A DNA stretch of 64,000 bases from assembly GCA_035248565.1 (NCBI GenBank), contig DATFHH010000149.1, forward strand, positions 2,497 through 66,496. The letters run 5' to 3'. Shown one piece after another: positions 63,655 to 64,000 of the stretch. The notes below the pieces were generated by a model. That model saw only the letters and a list, made by a program, of their open reading frames with translations, did no database searches and was not told where the DNA came from. This DNA comes from Pyrinomonadaceae bacterium. Lineage in GTDB: Bacteria; Acidobacteriota; Blastocatellia; Pyrinomonadales; Pyrinomonadaceae. A program made the translations under genes and the position numbers. Every line of letters begins with the position of its first letter. Position 1 is the stretch's first letter.

Positions 63655-64000
63655 TAGGTGAGCACCTCCTTGGAGTGCGCCGACTTGTCGGCGCTTTGGC
63701 CAAAGCGGTGCCAAGGCACCGCACTCCAAAGAGGAGCCTTGATCGTCGACGCGCCCGCGCCGGCGAGAATGATCAAGAACGGAAAGATCTCGACCGCATA
63801 ACGCGGTTCGGGATTTTCGAGCGTCGCGAAGAAACCGAGCCGCAAGAAGATCAGCAGCACCGCGAGCAGCAACCATCTTCTTGCGTTGGGATCTCTTGAA
63901 CGCCAGAGCAACCAACCACCAAGCACCCCCAACAAAGAGTAGAGCCCAGTCAACCCGGCAAACAGCGGCAGCCAATACTGCTGATGAATGTCATAGTCGA
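63558..64000 (-). CDS. C-terminal part of a polytopic membrane protein (5' end outside window); annotated stop probably an artefact of read-through into repeat B4
   Basis: Frame is open from the window edge (..DYDIHQQYWLPLFAGLTGLYSLLGVLGGWLLW..EPRYAVEIFPFLIILAGAGAS). After ~63736 the frame runs through repeat B4 and overlaps the convergent gene by ~100 nt before the stop at 63558. Confidence 0.5.
   Translation of the reverse strand, partial: DYDIHQQYWLPLFAGLTGLYSLLGVLGGWLLWRSRDPNARRWLLLAVLLIFLRLGFFATLENPEPRYAVEIFPFLIILAGAGASTIKAPLWSAVPWHRFGQSADKSAHSKEVLTYQGVGEGDGDGDGRCSDGGMTAGFGLSGEECK
63665..63734. repeat. Family B element, copy B4 (no spacer, diverged arm interiors)
   Basis: CCTCCTTGGAGTGCGCCGACTTGTCGGCGCTTTGG (63665-63699) directly followed by CCAAAGCGGTGCCAAGGCACCGCACTCCAAAGAGG (63700-63734). 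Confidence 0.88.

Noticed and set aside
1244-63734. Whether the dispersed repeats could be a CRISPR array or arrays.
   Set aside because: Copies are kilobases apart and separated by conserved housekeeping genes. There is no regular repeat-spacer periodicity, and no cas genes are present.

Overview
Chromosomal region of a moderately GC-rich bacterium, mostly minus-strand. The gene content looks Acidobacteriota-like: a VWFA-type secreted protein, two tandem Oar-like CarboxypepD_reg/TonB-dependent receptors, and a large envelope-glycan cluster. I call about 53 CDS and one tRNA-Ser(GCU). Main blocks: lipB; a 2-oxoacid dehydrogenase cluster (lpdA, E1alpha, a retropepsin-like gene, E1beta, E2); thiolase, tyrS and proC; purF/purM/purN with an embedded ComEC-like MBL gene; htrA and an ALDH; a ~17.6 kb Wzx-type polysaccharide cluster (two AsnB-like amidotransferases, a bi-domain oxidoreductase, glycosyltransferases, two methyltransferases, a heparinase II/III-like protein, wecB and a sugar dehydrogenase); a Klenow-like family A polymerase; queF; a rhomboid; nadK-tlyA-dxs; gltX. 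I found no transposase, integrase, CRISPR array, rRNA or recognisable defence genes. The most unusual signal is not a gene. About 36 copies of four short repeat families (A, B, C, D) sit at almost every non-divergent gene junction. A, C and D are built from tandem 9-nt words. B is a ~70-100 nt element with self-folding arms and an SD/anti-SD-like outer stem. These elements repeatedly supply the stop codon and last residues of the upstream gene, giving recurrent tails such as SRG*, LAAD..RG* and ..SA*. In several cases they also supply the ATG of the downstream gene. All coordinates were counted by hand. Repeat boundaries are good to a few nt, and start codons are the main uncertainty for CDS.
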